NCBI GenBank assembly: GCA_964406295.1
Contig: CAYORB010000002.1
Span: 658-64,218 of the forward strand
Origin: an uncultured Candidatus Peribacteria bacterium
GTDB taxonomy: Bacteria > Patescibacteriota > Gracilibacteria > UBA1369 > LOWO2-01-FULL-3
Direction of reading: 5' to 3'
DNA: 63,561 bases
In this document: positions 10,301 through 18,836 of the stretch, piece after piece
How positions within the stretch are numbered: position 1 is the stretch's first letter
How the letters are laid out: each line of letters begins with the position of its first letter
Notes under the pieces: generated by a model
Database searches by the model: none
Seen by the model: the letters and a program-made list of their open reading frames with translations, nothing else
Told to the model about the DNA's origin: nothing
Translations under genes and position numbers: made by a program

Positions 10301-11067
10301 GAAAGGATACAGAGGATACATTTTCACGTGCAGACTTTGAGGCGGCAATAGCAAAACTGGAAAAAGCAGATAAAGAAGCGAGTGTTACACAATTAGATGA
10401 AGAAGTAGCTGACTTAAGTCCTGAAACAGACTGGCTAGATGAACTTATGTTAGATGAAAATGAGGAGCCTTCAAAAGAACAAGTTGCAGTGGAGCAGAAA
10501 CCAGAAATTCAGGATAGAATCAAAGAGATTATTGATGCAGCAGTTGCATCAGGAAAGAAAGATGGAATTACACATGATAAAATAAGAGAAAACATACAAA
10601 GTGAATTGAAAAAAGAGTACTACACCAGAGCTAAAGGTGTTATTGATAAAGTTTTTGCATCTGCAAAATCTGACAATGATAAATCTGATAAAATTCATGA
10701 AACTTTGGTGAAAGAGGGGATCATAAATGACTCAGATTTTCTAGCAGTTGGAGCAAATACAAAGGAGGATTTGCTTAACAGTGCTAAATCTCTAATAGAT
10801 GGAAGATTTTCAGAAAGTTTAGCTGATGGATCAGGCCTGCAATCAGAGGTAGTTCAAGCACCAGCAGGGAATGAAGATATGACTTTTACTACTGAGGATA
10901 CCAAACCTTATGACCCAGAGATGGAGAAAGCTCATGCTGGAGAACCAGAACCAGTAGAAGGTTTAGCTGTTGCGCCAGAAAAGGCAGACGTGCAAGCTGG
11001 TGCCCCAAAACCTGCTGACAAATTAGCTAAAGATGAAAGGAAAGATAATCTCAAAGGTGATGTTTAG
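7312..11067 (+). CDS. 1251-aa Lys/Glu-rich, coiled-coil-like orphan protein
   Basis: Long uninterrupted ORF that overlaps the PrsW-like gene by 11 nt (alternative ATG at 7327). It has a basic N-terminus, long K/E-rich helical-looking stretches and acidic E/P tracts. No TM segment or signal peptide. No family recognised. Confidence 0.7.
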   Translation: MKNNTMKENKLIFFRNPRPMAAMDESGLPRRLNESESDPKKERRDAQRLAKRRKALLKPKEGKSPAEKKEIKKLEGKLGISRPKPERTRKGQEKLRKRFAQIQRDLINIEASPHVTKKIKGVLKDVVQGIEPKEGYGILGYRVARAEKMLGKILEQVARREKEEEKQTIPAAESLAYLLDDKLDEKGKAKHEADMDAFFNTPDNKQTASQIAKEKAETREFYKDLGITPKATGESIAENKDGKSRGVEKIYKEESPAQQLKSMIGTFEQSLVKFDKRLAELNSAAKKIRDSIKGSTVKSPELNAVEAEIVSITKEIAETRGKFDFLSKKLKTSITEDFAMTESETLTGVMVALTDSLAEAEHNIYAASSATNEAIEKYNAGQGAALLKRQEEEEVEEEPKPEVAEFKEEEKEEPEPAELPDELKVLIGKKGEFVMPDAEWGKEGTEAIVTAQKAVSETPKPVPINVEEEFRTGLDRVSREGRRIRHTLNNVELLYEIVNADTEDKKENMLFGLVKKKIITLPKDIKINSENFDKIYENAITDLLSQVDVNSTDEHKDEGVNEQAKNVLYELITHAEEEVGLEKSEKANSGDVKLRISRLKEATYLRSKTLFKNESDYETALASFEQKRELGVSLKVETGNLDFREKIAEEIGLPLEELSEKAIIRNGFTRWRDFSLKFMIPTFGEDLLKEQEDKKGALSYLATFQNTLDVIDKSKLSDKIKESTKDNLIAAAKGDFTRPDLSLDGSYMIAIIKFMEATIKNGREISLLRKNGVINEKQFLALSKAAAEGKLEVAYDIAEYKKVHAVALQLAKASNKKPEDFYKDNSYSLFSQLNKLRSSQVQEKFKVETLARIKGGLEDLLEDGYLSKEKYEKHIKNANTDDISKLEGILKAHMEAANKYLSEPNILVDAVFMGIENVTTMTLPEYYAAKKTWEVKNKKKAVMAEVADYKRTPHENVKKELPDVSNPIQKIGKSESLPIDGYKTQGGLGYARKGIERKDTEDTFSRADFEAAIAKLEKADKEASVTQLDEEVADLSPETDWLDELMLDENEEPSKEQVAVEQKPEIQDRIKEIIDAAVASGKKDGITHDKIRENIQSELKKEYYTRAKGVIDKVFASAKSDNDKSDKIHETLVKEGIINDSDFLAVGANTKEDLLNSAKSLIDGRFSESLADGSGLQSEVVQAPAGNEDMTFTTEDTKPYDPEMEKAHAGEPEPVEGLAVAPEKADVQAGAPKPADKLAKDERKDNLKGDV

Positions 11068-11224
11068 CACTATATAAACATCACTAATTTGCACACAAAG
11101 GTATCTTTGAACCAATGCATCAATCTGACTTCGCCTATAGAAAGTATAGACAGATCGCTACTCAGCGCTATTGCTTTTTCAGTATTTCATTGCTAAACTG
11201 CCTATCCGTGTAAAAACAACATTG

Positions 11225-14113
11225 ATGGCAAACGATAAAATCATAGTAAAAGGGGCAAAAATCCACAATCTCAAAAATATTGATGTGGAAATTCCTCGTG
11301 ATAAATTTACAGTAATTACTGGACTTTCTGGCTCAGGTAAGTCATCTCTTGCCTTCGACACCATCTACGCAGAGGGGCAGCGTCGCTATGTCCAAAGTCT
11401 ATCGACCTATGCTCGAAACTTTCTGCAATCTATGGAAAAACCAGAAGTCGATTCTATTGAAGGATTGTCACCAGCTATATCTATCGATCAAAAAACAGCT
11501 TCTCGCAACCCGAGATCTACTGTTGGAACCGTCACTGAAGTATATGATTTTTTGAGACTGCTTTTTGCCAAAGTAGGGACACCACATTGTCCAAAATGCA
11601 CCAAACCAATTGAGAGACAAAGTCCACAGCAAATATTAGAGGATGTGGCTAAAATGAAAGAGGGGACAAAAATACTTGTACTTTCGCCTATTGTACGTGG
11701 TCATAAAGGTCAGCATTTGAGAGCAATTGAGAAAACCAAAAAGGAAGGTTTCGTACGTGTACGTGTAGATGGAGAGGTTTATTCCATACTAGATGTTCCT
11801 GAACTGGATGAGAATAAAAAACATGATATTGAGATCGTTGTTGATAGGCTTGTTGTAAAAGATTTTGGGAAAAAGACTAAAACTCTAAATTCTGGACAGG
11901 TTATAGATCTTCCAAACCCAGATCGTACTCGTATGGCAGATTCAATTGAAACTGCATTGAAATTTGGTGAAGGCTTGGTCTATATAGCAAATAACGACAC
12001 AGGTGATACAAAGGTGTATTCAGAGCATTTTGCTTGCCCTGCATGTTCAGTAAATTTACCGGAAATTGCACCTAGAAATTTCTCATTTAATAGTCCTCAT
12101 GGAGCTTGTGAAGAATGTCACGGACTTGGAACTAAACTGGAAATCGATCCAAACCTTGTTATGCCAAACAAGAAATTGAGTCTGGCTGAAGGAGCTATTA
12201 TGCCTTGGTCTACCACAACTTCTCATTTGAGTTGGTATAACAAATTATTGGCAAAAGTAGCAGAGGTTCGTAAATTTCCTATGAATAAACCCATTAAAGA
12301 TTTGCCAGCTGAAGCTTTAGATATTGTTTTGTATGGAGATAAAGATATGAAATATAAAGTGGAAATGAACAAAGGTGGGGAAGGTTCCGGTTTTAATGGC
12401 GAATATGAAACTACTTTTGAGGGAGTTATACCAAATTTAGAACGTCGTTATCTTGAAACTGATTCTGATTATGTTCGTAAAAAGATTGAAGGTTATATGC
12501 GTATTCTTCGTTGTCCTGTGTGTGAGGGAAAAAGGTTAAAACCTGAGATGCTTGCAGTAACAATTAATGAACTTTCGATTATTGATATGACTGAATTATC
12601 TATAGTTAAAGCTATAGAGATTTTCTCTGAACTAAAATTAAGTGCAAATAAAACAGAAATAGCAAACCAGATACTTCAAGAAGTGAAAAATAGACTTCAA
12701 TTTTTGGAGAATGTGGGCTTGTCATATTTAACACTTAATCGTACAGCAAACACTTTGTCAGGAGGAGAGGCTCAGCGTATACGTCTGGCTACTCAGATTG
12801 GATCACGTCTTTCAGGTGTTGTTTATGTTTTAGATGAGCCAAGTATAGGTTTACATCAAAATGACAACGACAAATTAATTAAAACTCTTTTAGAGCTTAG
12901 AGACGTAGGAAATACGGTTATTGTAGTAGAACATGACATTGATACTATGTTGGCATCTGATTATATTTTAGATATAGGCCCTGGTGCAGGTAAGCATGGT
13001 GGTAATGTTATAGCGCGTGGTGCTCCTGCTGAATTGATGAAAGATAAAAATTCGATTACTGGTAAATATCTATCAGGAAAAGAAGAAATTTCTGTTCCAA
13101 CAGAAAGAAGAAAAGGAAATGGTAAAGAAATTACTATTGTAAATGCAGCTGAACATAATTTAAAAAATATAAGTGTTAGCTTTCCTCTAGGAGCTTTTAT
13201 TTCTGTAACGGGCGTATCGGGGTCAGGTAAATCAACCTTGATTAATGACATTCTCGTAAAGAGCCTGTCTAAGGAGTTATATAGATCAAAAGCTATGCCA
13301 GGTGCACATGAAGAGATTACAGGGCTGGAGCACTTAGATAAGATAATTAATATAGATCAGTCACCAATAGGACGTACTCCACGATCAAATCCAGCTACTT
13401 ATACAGGTGTTTTTACTGATATTCGTGATCTTTTTGCTCAAACTCCTGAGGCAAAGTTGCGTGGATATAAGGCTGGTCGATTTAGTTTCAATGTAAAAGG
13501 TGGTCGTTGTGAGACTTGTTCAGGTGATGGTATTAAAAAGATAGAAATGCATTTCTTACCAGATATTTATGTACCATGTGAGGTATGTAAAGGGAAGAGA
13601 TATAACGAGGAGGCTTTGGAAGTGAGATACAGAGGTAAGAACATTTTTGAAATTTTAGAGATGACTGCCGAAGAAGCACTTGAATTTTTCCAGGCTATAC
13701 CAAGTATCAAAACTAAACTTCAAACTCTTGTAGATGTTGGTCTTGGTTATATTCATCTCGGACAGTCAGCTACTACTCTTTCAGGTGGAGAGGCGCAACG
13801 TATAAAATTATCAACTGAGCTATCAAAACGATCAACAGGAAAGACTATTTATATACTTGATGAGCCTACTACAGGTTTGCATTTCGATGATGTAAAAAAA
13901 CTTCTTACAGTTCTCCAGAAATTAGTAGATATGGGGAACACAGTTTTAGTAATAGAACATAACCTGGATGTTGTGAAATCCGTGGATTATATAATAGATA
14001 TGGGACCTGAAGGAGGAGACGCAGGTGGAATGGTTATAGCTAAAGGAACTCCTGAAGAGGTGGTTCAGGTAAAGGGGTCATATACAGGTAAATGGTTAAA
14101 GAAATTGATGTAA
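11225..14113 (+). CDS. uvrA: excinuclease ABC subunit A
   Basis: Canonical UvrA N-terminus [55 protein letters not shown]. Two ABC modules (second Walker [11 protein letters not shown]; signatures [12 protein letters not shown] and [12 protein letters not shown]) and zinc-finger CxxC pairs. The ORF track starts at a TTG at 11171, but the ATG at 11225 fits UvrA homologs better. Confidence 0.97.
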   Translation: MANDKIIVKGAKIHNLKNIDVEIPRDKFTVITGLSGSGKSSLAFDTIYAEGQRRYVQSLSTYARNFLQSMEKPEVDSIEGLSPAISIDQKTASRNPRSTVGTVTEVYDFLRLLFAKVGTPHCPKCTKPIERQSPQQILEDVAKMKEGTKILVLSPIVRGHKGQHLRAIEKTKKEGFVRVRVDGEVYSILDVPELDENKKHDIEIVVDRLVVKDFGKKTKTLNSGQVIDLPNPDRTRMADSIETALKFGEGLVYIANNDTGDTKVYSEHFACPACSVNLPEIAPRNFSFNSPHGACEECHGLGTKLEIDPNLVMPNKKLSLAEGAIMPWSTTTSHLSWYNKLLAKVAEVRKFPMNKPIKDLPAEALDIVLYGDKDMKYKVEMNKGGEGSGFNGEYETTFEGVIPNLERRYLETDSDYVRKKIEGYMRILRCPVCEGKRLKPEMLAVTINELSIIDMTELSIVKAIEIFSELKLSANKTEIANQILQEVKNRLQFLENVGLSYLTLNRTANTLSGGEAQRIRLATQIGSRLSGVVYVLDEPSIGLHQNDNDKLIKTLLELRDVGNTVIVVEHDIDTMLASDYILDIGPGAGKHGGNVIARGAPAELMKDKNSITGKYLSGKEEISVPTERRKGNGKEITIVNAAEHNLKNISVSFPLGAFISVTGVSGSGKSTLINDILVKSLSKELYRSKAMPGAHEEITGLEHLDKIINIDQSPIGRTPRSNPATYTGVFTDIRDLFAQTPEAKLRGYKAGRFSFNVKGGRCETCSGDGIKKIEMHFLPDIYVPCEVCKGKRYNEEALEVRYRGKNIFEILEMTAEEALEFFQAIPSIKTKLQTLVDVGLGYIHLGQSATTLSGGEAQRIKLSTELSKRSTGKTIYILDEPTTGLHFDDVKKLLTVLQKLVDMGNTVLVIEHNLDVVKSVDYIIDMGPEGGDAGGMVIAKGTPEEVVQVKGSYTGKWLKKLM

Positions 14114-14309
14114 TCCCCGGGGATGAGCTTGCAGGGTATATTTTTAAGGGTAAATAGTTTGAGTGAAGGCATTGGCTCTACCAGAATAAAAGAGAAAAAG
14201 CGATGAATCTGCGAAACAGATTTAAACTTTTTAAGTTTTTCCTTATTAAAAAAGCGCCTCCCTCCCTGGGGAGAGCATGAAAACCCCTATATTCCACCCT
14301 AAAAACATT

Positions 14310-14590
14310 GTCTTAAGTTTAATTAAGTTGCCTAAAGTTTAATAAACTTTAGTAAAATCGTCTAAAATTTAATTAAATACGCTAAAATTTAGTCAAACAG
14401 GGGTTAAGTCGTCTTAAATTTAATAAAATATAAAAAAGTATTGCTAACTTAAATTAAGTTTGATAAATTTATCTTACGTTAAGCATAGCTACTTAAAAAC
14501 AAGGGAGTATTGATAAATTGTTCTAAATTTGCTAAAGTTTAATAAAATTTACTGAAGTTGAATTGAATTAAACTAAGTTAAATAAAGTTA
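14310..14590. repeat. array of at least 9 degenerate direct repeats, consensus about CTAAARTTTAATWAA
   Basis: Copies start at 14312, 14332, 14362, 14382, 14413, 14444, 14532, 14552 and 14573; 14332 and 14532 are identical. Spacings of 20, 30, 20, 31, 31, 88, 20 and 21 bp are mostly near-multiples of one helical turn. TTGATAAATT also occurs twice (14460, 14510). Confidence 0.8.
14510..14538 (+). promoter_or_regulatory. candidate sigma70-type promoter for the HTH gene, overlapping a repeat copy
   Basis: TTGATA (14510-14515), 17-nt spacer, TAAAGT (14533-14538). The -10 element lies inside the repeat copy at 14532. Confidence 0.3.
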
Positions 14591-14905
14591 ATGATCGAAA
14601 AGTTTTTCACCACAGAACAAGTTGCCAATATTCTTCAAGTTCATCCTTTCACCATTTTGAAATTCATCAAAGCTGGAAAATTGAAAGGAATCAAACTTGG
14701 ACGAGTCTATCGCATCAAAGAAAGTGATGTGAATGAATTTCTTGAATCAAGAATGACACAGAGCTCGCCAAAGAAAAAAGTAGTTGCTAAGCCTTCTAAA
14801 GAACCAAAAGCAGAACAAGCACCTCAAACACATAAAACTGAAAAACGTAGCCCTTACGACCTGGAAACAACAAAGAAGGATGACGATCATTACTATCTAA
14901 TCTAA
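14591..14905 (+). CDS. excisionase-family (MerR-superfamily) helix-turn-helix DNA-binding protein with a disordered K/E/P tail
   Basis: N-terminus FFTTEQVANILQVHPFTILKFIKAGKLKGIKLGRVYRIKESDVNEFLESR matches the excisionase-type HTH pattern (TIGR01764-like). The C-terminal ~50 aa are low complexity. Confidence 0.75.
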   Translation: MIEKFFTTEQVANILQVHPFTILKFIKAGKLKGIKLGRVYRIKESDVNEFLESRMTQSSPKKKVVAKPSKEPKAEQAPQTHKTEKRSPYDLETTKKDDDHYYLI

Positions 14906-14920
14906 ACACATTCAAATACC

Positions 14921-15094
14921 ATGATCATTCACTGCCTCTCATGCGGAAAGTCCATCTCAAGTCACGGGTGCAAATGCCCATACTGCATGGCAGAAATGAC
15001 AGACATAACATTTGAATTGAACGGAATAGAAATGGAAAAACCCAGATTTGCTGATAAATTTCGTAACGTAGTCCTGGGAATGGTAACTAAATAA
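14921..15094 (+). CDS. 57-aa zinc-ribbon protein, not in the ORF track because it is under 60 aa
   Basis: My own translation: MIIHCLSCGKSISSHGCKCPYCMAEMTDITFELNGIEMEKPRFADKFRNVVLGMVTK. It has CxxC...CxxC spacing. It starts 15 nt after the HTH gene stop and is followed by the terminator at 15176-15209. Confidence 0.45.
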   Translation: MIIHCLSCGKSISSHGCKCPYCMAEMTDITFELNGIEMEKPRFADKFRNVVLGMVTK

Positions 15095-15175
15095 TAAAAA
15101 AATTAATTATAAAAATCTTCAATTGCCCTTGTTGATTTGTGCCCACAACTCAACAAACAAAATCCTAGAAAAGCC

Positions 15176-15209
15176 CTAAAAAACTCTCCCTGCCCGGGAG
15201 GGTTTTTTT
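15176..15209. terminator. bidirectional rho-independent terminator between convergent units
   Basis: Stem CTCCC (15186-15190) pairs with GGGAG (15196-15200) around a 5-nt loop. An A-run lies upstream and T7 downstream, so a U-tail is available on both strands. Confidence 0.7.
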
Positions 15210-15276
15210 CATAGGCAAGCTTTCCGCTGGAGAAAGCGCTAGCCAGCACTTATCTGAAAATTAATTAGCTAAGGCT

Positions 15277-16407
15277 TCACCCCGGACATTGTCTTGAATT
15301 CATTGTGTCAGTTCCATCCAGCATCAACTTAAGCTTTGGAAAACTCTCGTCTATGATCTCAAGCAGACCATTCGAATCATTGCTGCGACCATCCAATTCG
15401 TTCACAAACATTTCTATCCCTTCGCTGCTATTCCCATATAAAACACTAAAATGCGCTCTCATTTCGGTTTCCATTTTATCAATTTCAAAGTCATGTTCTT
15501 GTAATATCATAGCGTTGAAAAGCTCAGATTGAGTGGGGGATGGTACATCACTATCAAAAGGGTTATCTGGAGCATTTTCCTTTGCACCAGCATAAAGTTC
15601 TGTTAAACCTTTTTTTGGCGGCATGCCGTTCACCTGTGCGGCAACAAAAGATCCCATAAAATCAACAAAACTATCGTCCGTAGTAAAAAGTTCTACGGTT
15701 TTTATACTGCTAATTTCTTTTCCTAGTTCTTTTGATTCTCTAGCAATTCCTTCACCTGCTTGCTTAAGACCACCATAATCCTCAGTGAAATGTTTATCAA
15801 ATTCTTTCCATTTTTTTTCAACTCCTTCCCAACTGCTGGATTCACAACGAATATAATTTTCTTTTCTATTCTGATATTTAATCTCTATGTTAAGAAAAAA
15901 ATCATCCAATTCTCTTTCAGTAAACATTCCTTCTTTTACATATTTTTCCTTCATTTCCCTATATATAAGATTGCGATCAACTGTTAGCTGATTATCATAA
16001 ATCCTAGTTTTCACAATATTATATGGCAAACTTAATAGTAGACCGCCATCAATAACATGTCTAACATAGTAAATCTCAGCTGTAATTTTATGATATGCAG
16101 CTTTTAATTGAGGCAATTTTTCATTTTCACAATTCAGAAAAGCTTTTCTAATATCACTGCGAATACTGTCCTGATAATCAACCAATCCAATAATATCTTG
16201 TGACTGGCATTGATTGCGATTTAGAACATCATTCCATGGTTCTATCACACCTTCCATTAAGCTATCGTTCCAAATCACAGAATCCAAAAATAAAGTGAAT
16301 TCAAAACCACCCTTTGCTGCACAGCGCATGATAGGTTCATCCTCAGCATAACCAGTTGAGCTAAATAGTATAAAAAATATTAAACTAATTGTTAGATTTT
16401 TCATCAT
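15277..16407 (-). CDS. secreted orphan protein (376 aa), last gene of the giant-protein operon
   Basis: Signal peptide MMKNLTISLIFFILFSSTGYA. The start overlaps the upstream stop (ATGA). C-terminus SFPKLKLMLDGTDTMNSRQCPG. Several conserved-looking Cys. Confidence 0.75.
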   Translation of the reverse strand: MMKNLTISLIFFILFSSTGYAEDEPIMRCAAKGGFEFTLFLDSVIWNDSLMEGVIEPWNDVLNRNQCQSQDIIGLVDYQDSIRSDIRKAFLNCENEKLPQLKAAYHKITAEIYYVRHVIDGGLLLSLPYNIVKTRIYDNQLTVDRNLIYREMKEKYVKEGMFTERELDDFFLNIEIKYQNRKENYIRCESSSWEGVEKKWKEFDKHFTEDYGGLKQAGEGIARESKELGKEISSIKTVELFTTDDSFVDFMGSFVAAQVNGMPPKKGLTELYAGAKENAPDNPFDSDVPSPTQSELFNAMILQEHDFEIDKMETEMRAHFSVLYGNSSEGIEMFVNELDGRSNDSNGLLEIIDESFPKLKLMLDGTDTMNSRQCPG

Positions 16408-18152
16408 GGTACATTTGGTTTTTCCTTGATCTTGGCAATGGCTTCAGTGTTAATTTTTCCATAAAGATCTCTGAAAGATTTGAATAAATTGTTCATATCT
16501 CGCATTTCCAATAAGACATTTCGCAGATAAAGCATTTGATTTGTTCCAGTATCCCCACTTTTATAAGTTTTAACTTGCTGAGCAGCTTTAGCAGCATATG
16601 AGTCAGAAGTTTCTTGTACTTGGTTTAAAATATCTATCTGACTACTACCTGAAGGTGCATTACTACGAATAAATTCACTAGCACCTTCAACTCCTGTATT
16701 AGCAGCGTCATCATCAGTAAATTGGATTTCTTGAAGTAACACAGGTTGATAGCGATTTGCAAAATCATTCCATTCATCAAAAATATTTTTACCAAAAATC
16801 AATTCATCATTAGCTGGAGTTGGTATGGGATTCCATATAGTAATAAACTGAATATTTAAAAGGCTGCCAGTTTTTTTACACTTCGCTGATTCCAATAAAT
16901 TCCCAGTTGCTTTGCCAGGTATAAGAGAATGACTCAAAGTTTTCTCCATTAGTTTATTAATTTTTTCTATTTCACATTGTATACAAGAATCTCCAGGATT
17001 ATAACTAGATAAAGTTTCTCTAATCAATTGAACACTAAGACACACAGATGCATTTGCTTGAATATATTCATTATCAGACCGCGCTGAAGCTCCAACAAAT
17101 TGTGGGGCAGGCGGTGATCCTCCAATGCTTTTAAAATTATCAATAAAGTCACCAACACCTTCCTTAGAAAAATTATTAACTGATCCACTGCCAGTATCAG
17201 GAAATCCAGGACACCAGGGACTACCCCAAGCACCAGCAGGAGCAGCTTGTAATTCTTCCTCTTCTTCTTCTAAATCTTCGTCATCATCTTCATCAAAACC
17301 AACAATACCATTCACATCATCTCCACCACCAGGTCCATTATTTCCATCATCTGCTACATCACGATCCGCTTCCTCTTCTTCAAATTGATCTATTGCATCT
17401 TTAGTGGGATCATCAGAGATACAAACATCTTCTTCTAAAATTTCAACCGGAACTTCTTCATCACCGATTTGCAAAACTGCAGCAGCGTCTTTTTCAGAAG
17501 TCAAAGCCAATCTATCAATCGCAACAGGAGTATCACTATATACATAATCATCAAAAGTTTCATCACGTTCAGTCGCATTATTAGGAGAATCAAGAGCTCC
17601 TACAAAATCCCCACCAACAGTACTAGCGGTTTCGTTAAAGAATAAAATCTTCTCAATAGTATCCAAATCATGAATCAAATCGAAACCTGAATCCGAAAGA
17701 TCACCATTAGCAAATATTTCACTTGGCTTAATGGCCATATCAACCTCTTGTTTTATATCATAAAGTTCTTTTATATCTTTGAAATCTTCCTGTGCATCTT
17801 TCAAAACAATCATTGCATCTTCCATAGTTAAAACTGTTCCTTTGCGGTCAGGTGAATTAAAAATTGGAGTCACAGAACCGTCCAAAACGGCTTGAGCTTC
17901 AGCTGTAGTCATACCATAATTAGCTGCTAAATCTCGCAATGCGTCTTTGTCTGGATATTCCATAGTCTTTTTATAAATGAGAAGATATAAATCCATTCCA
18001 TCTGCCAAATCAAAAACATCACTCCAAGAAAAGCTATCACTCGCAGCTCCATCACCATGAGCGATTTCGGCAACATCAACGCTAATCATTATCATAGTTA
18101 GGAAAACTCCTATGATAAGACCCCAGCTAATTGGTAAAAATTTTATTTTCAT
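16404..18152 (-). CDS. secreted or membrane-anchored orphan protein (582 aa) with an acidic Asp/Glu/Gly linker
   Basis: N-terminal hydrophobic segment ISWGLIIGVFLTMIMISV, acidic tract DDGNNGPGGGDDVNGIVGFDEDDDEDLEEEEEE, and a Cys-containing C-terminal domain with CIQC. The ATG immediately follows the upstream TAA. Confidence 0.75.
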   Translation of the reverse strand: MKIKFLPISWGLIIGVFLTMIMISVDVAEIAHGDGAASDSFSWSDVFDLADGMDLYLLIYKKTMEYPDKDALRDLAANYGMTTAEAQAVLDGSVTPIFNSPDRKGTVLTMEDAMIVLKDAQEDFKDIKELYDIKQEVDMAIKPSEIFANGDLSDSGFDLIHDLDTIEKILFFNETASTVGGDFVGALDSPNNATERDETFDDYVYSDTPVAIDRLALTSEKDAAAVLQIGDEEVPVEILEEDVCISDDPTKDAIDQFEEEEADRDVADDGNNGPGGGDDVNGIVGFDEDDDEDLEEEEEELQAAPAGAWGSPWCPGFPDTGSGSVNNFSKEGVGDFIDNFKSIGGSPPAPQFVGASARSDNEYIQANASVCLSVQLIRETLSSYNPGDSCIQCEIEKINKLMEKTLSHSLIPGKATGNLLESAKCKKTGSLLNIQFITIWNPIPTPANDELIFGKNIFDEWNDFANRYQPVLLQEIQFTDDDAANTGVEGASEFIRSNAPSGSSQIDILNQVQETSDSYAAKAAQQVKTYKSGDTGTNQMLYLRNVLLEMRDMNNLFKSFRDLYGKINTEAIAKIKEKPNVP

Positions 18153-18836
18153 TTATTGGCATTGGCTCGACGTTGAGTCGATAAATTTACTAGGAAATAA
18201 CATGACTTCTTTACGTATATCTTTTAATGATAATTTGTATTTAACTAGATTTTCAATAATTTCTTGGTATTTACGGTGCAGGGGATAAGCAATAGCAAAT
18301 TCATTATAAGCAGCCACAGTTCCTTCCATTATCGCTTTAGATTTATCCACTTCTTTCTCAATCGCATTGCCCTTTACAATCAATTCATCTATACGCCCCT
18401 GTATGCTGGAACTACTGCCGTCATGCAAACTATCTTTGATAGATTCAACTTGTCTCACAAATTCAAGGTAGATATAAAGAGCTTCCATAGAAACACAATA
18501 ACTACTAATATTTTCACCATTTTCTTCACATTTTTGTACTATAGTTAATAGACTATCTTTTTCTTTTTCAATATTTTCAGGTACAAGAAAATTTTTTCTT
18601 TTCTTAAGATCTTTCATAAAGGCATCGTCTTCCAAAAGTTCTTTCAAAGCATCAATTTTATCATTGAATAAATCATTCATCTCTTGATGATACAAATCGA
18701 ATATTATCTTGTAATGAAGATCAGAATCTCTGAAACTCAAACTTCTATTATTATCAGCATAAATAGTATAACTACCATATAAAACAGTATTTGTTATAAG
18801 AGCTACAAGCAAACTAATTATAATTCTTTTTATCAT
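18153..18836 (-). CDS. secreted helical orphan protein (227 aa)
   Basis: Signal or anchor peptide MIKRIIISLLVALITNTVLYG. There is a 0-nt spacer to both neighbouring genes. C-terminus LFPSKFIDSTSSQCQ. Confidence 0.7.
   Translation of the reverse strand: MIKRIIISLLVALITNTVLYGSYTIYADNNRSLSFRDSDLHYKIIFDLYHQEMNDLFNDKIDALKELLEDDAFMKDLKKRKNFLVPENIEKEKDSLLTIVQKCEENGENISSYCVSMEALYIYLEFVRQVESIKDSLHDGSSSSIQGRIDELIVKGNAIEKEVDKSKAIMEGTVAAYNEFAIAYPLHRKYQEIIENLVKYKLSLKDIRKEVMLFPSKFIDSTSSQCQ

Noticed and set aside
11171-11224. TTG start extending uvrA by 18 codons
   Set aside because: The extension ([18 protein letters not shown]) has no counterpart in UvrA. The ATG at 11225 reproduces the canonical UvrA N-terminus.
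14204-14280. 25-aa basic mini-ORF (MNLRNRFKLFKFFLIKKAPPSLGRA) downstream of uvrA
   Set aside because: It is very short, lacks a convincing RBS, and overlaps the hairpin elements. It is more likely non-coding.
14310-14590. Possible CRISPR array
   Set aside because: The units are only about 15 bp and degenerate, separated by 5-16 bp of similar AT-rich sequence rather than unique 30-40-bp spacers. No cas genes are present in the window.
14591-15094. Integrated prophage or integrative element marked by the excisionase-type HTH
   Set aside because: There is no integrase or recombinase, no phage structural genes, no flanking att-like long direct repeats and no adjacent tRNA. Only a small module remains, and it is reported as a finding.
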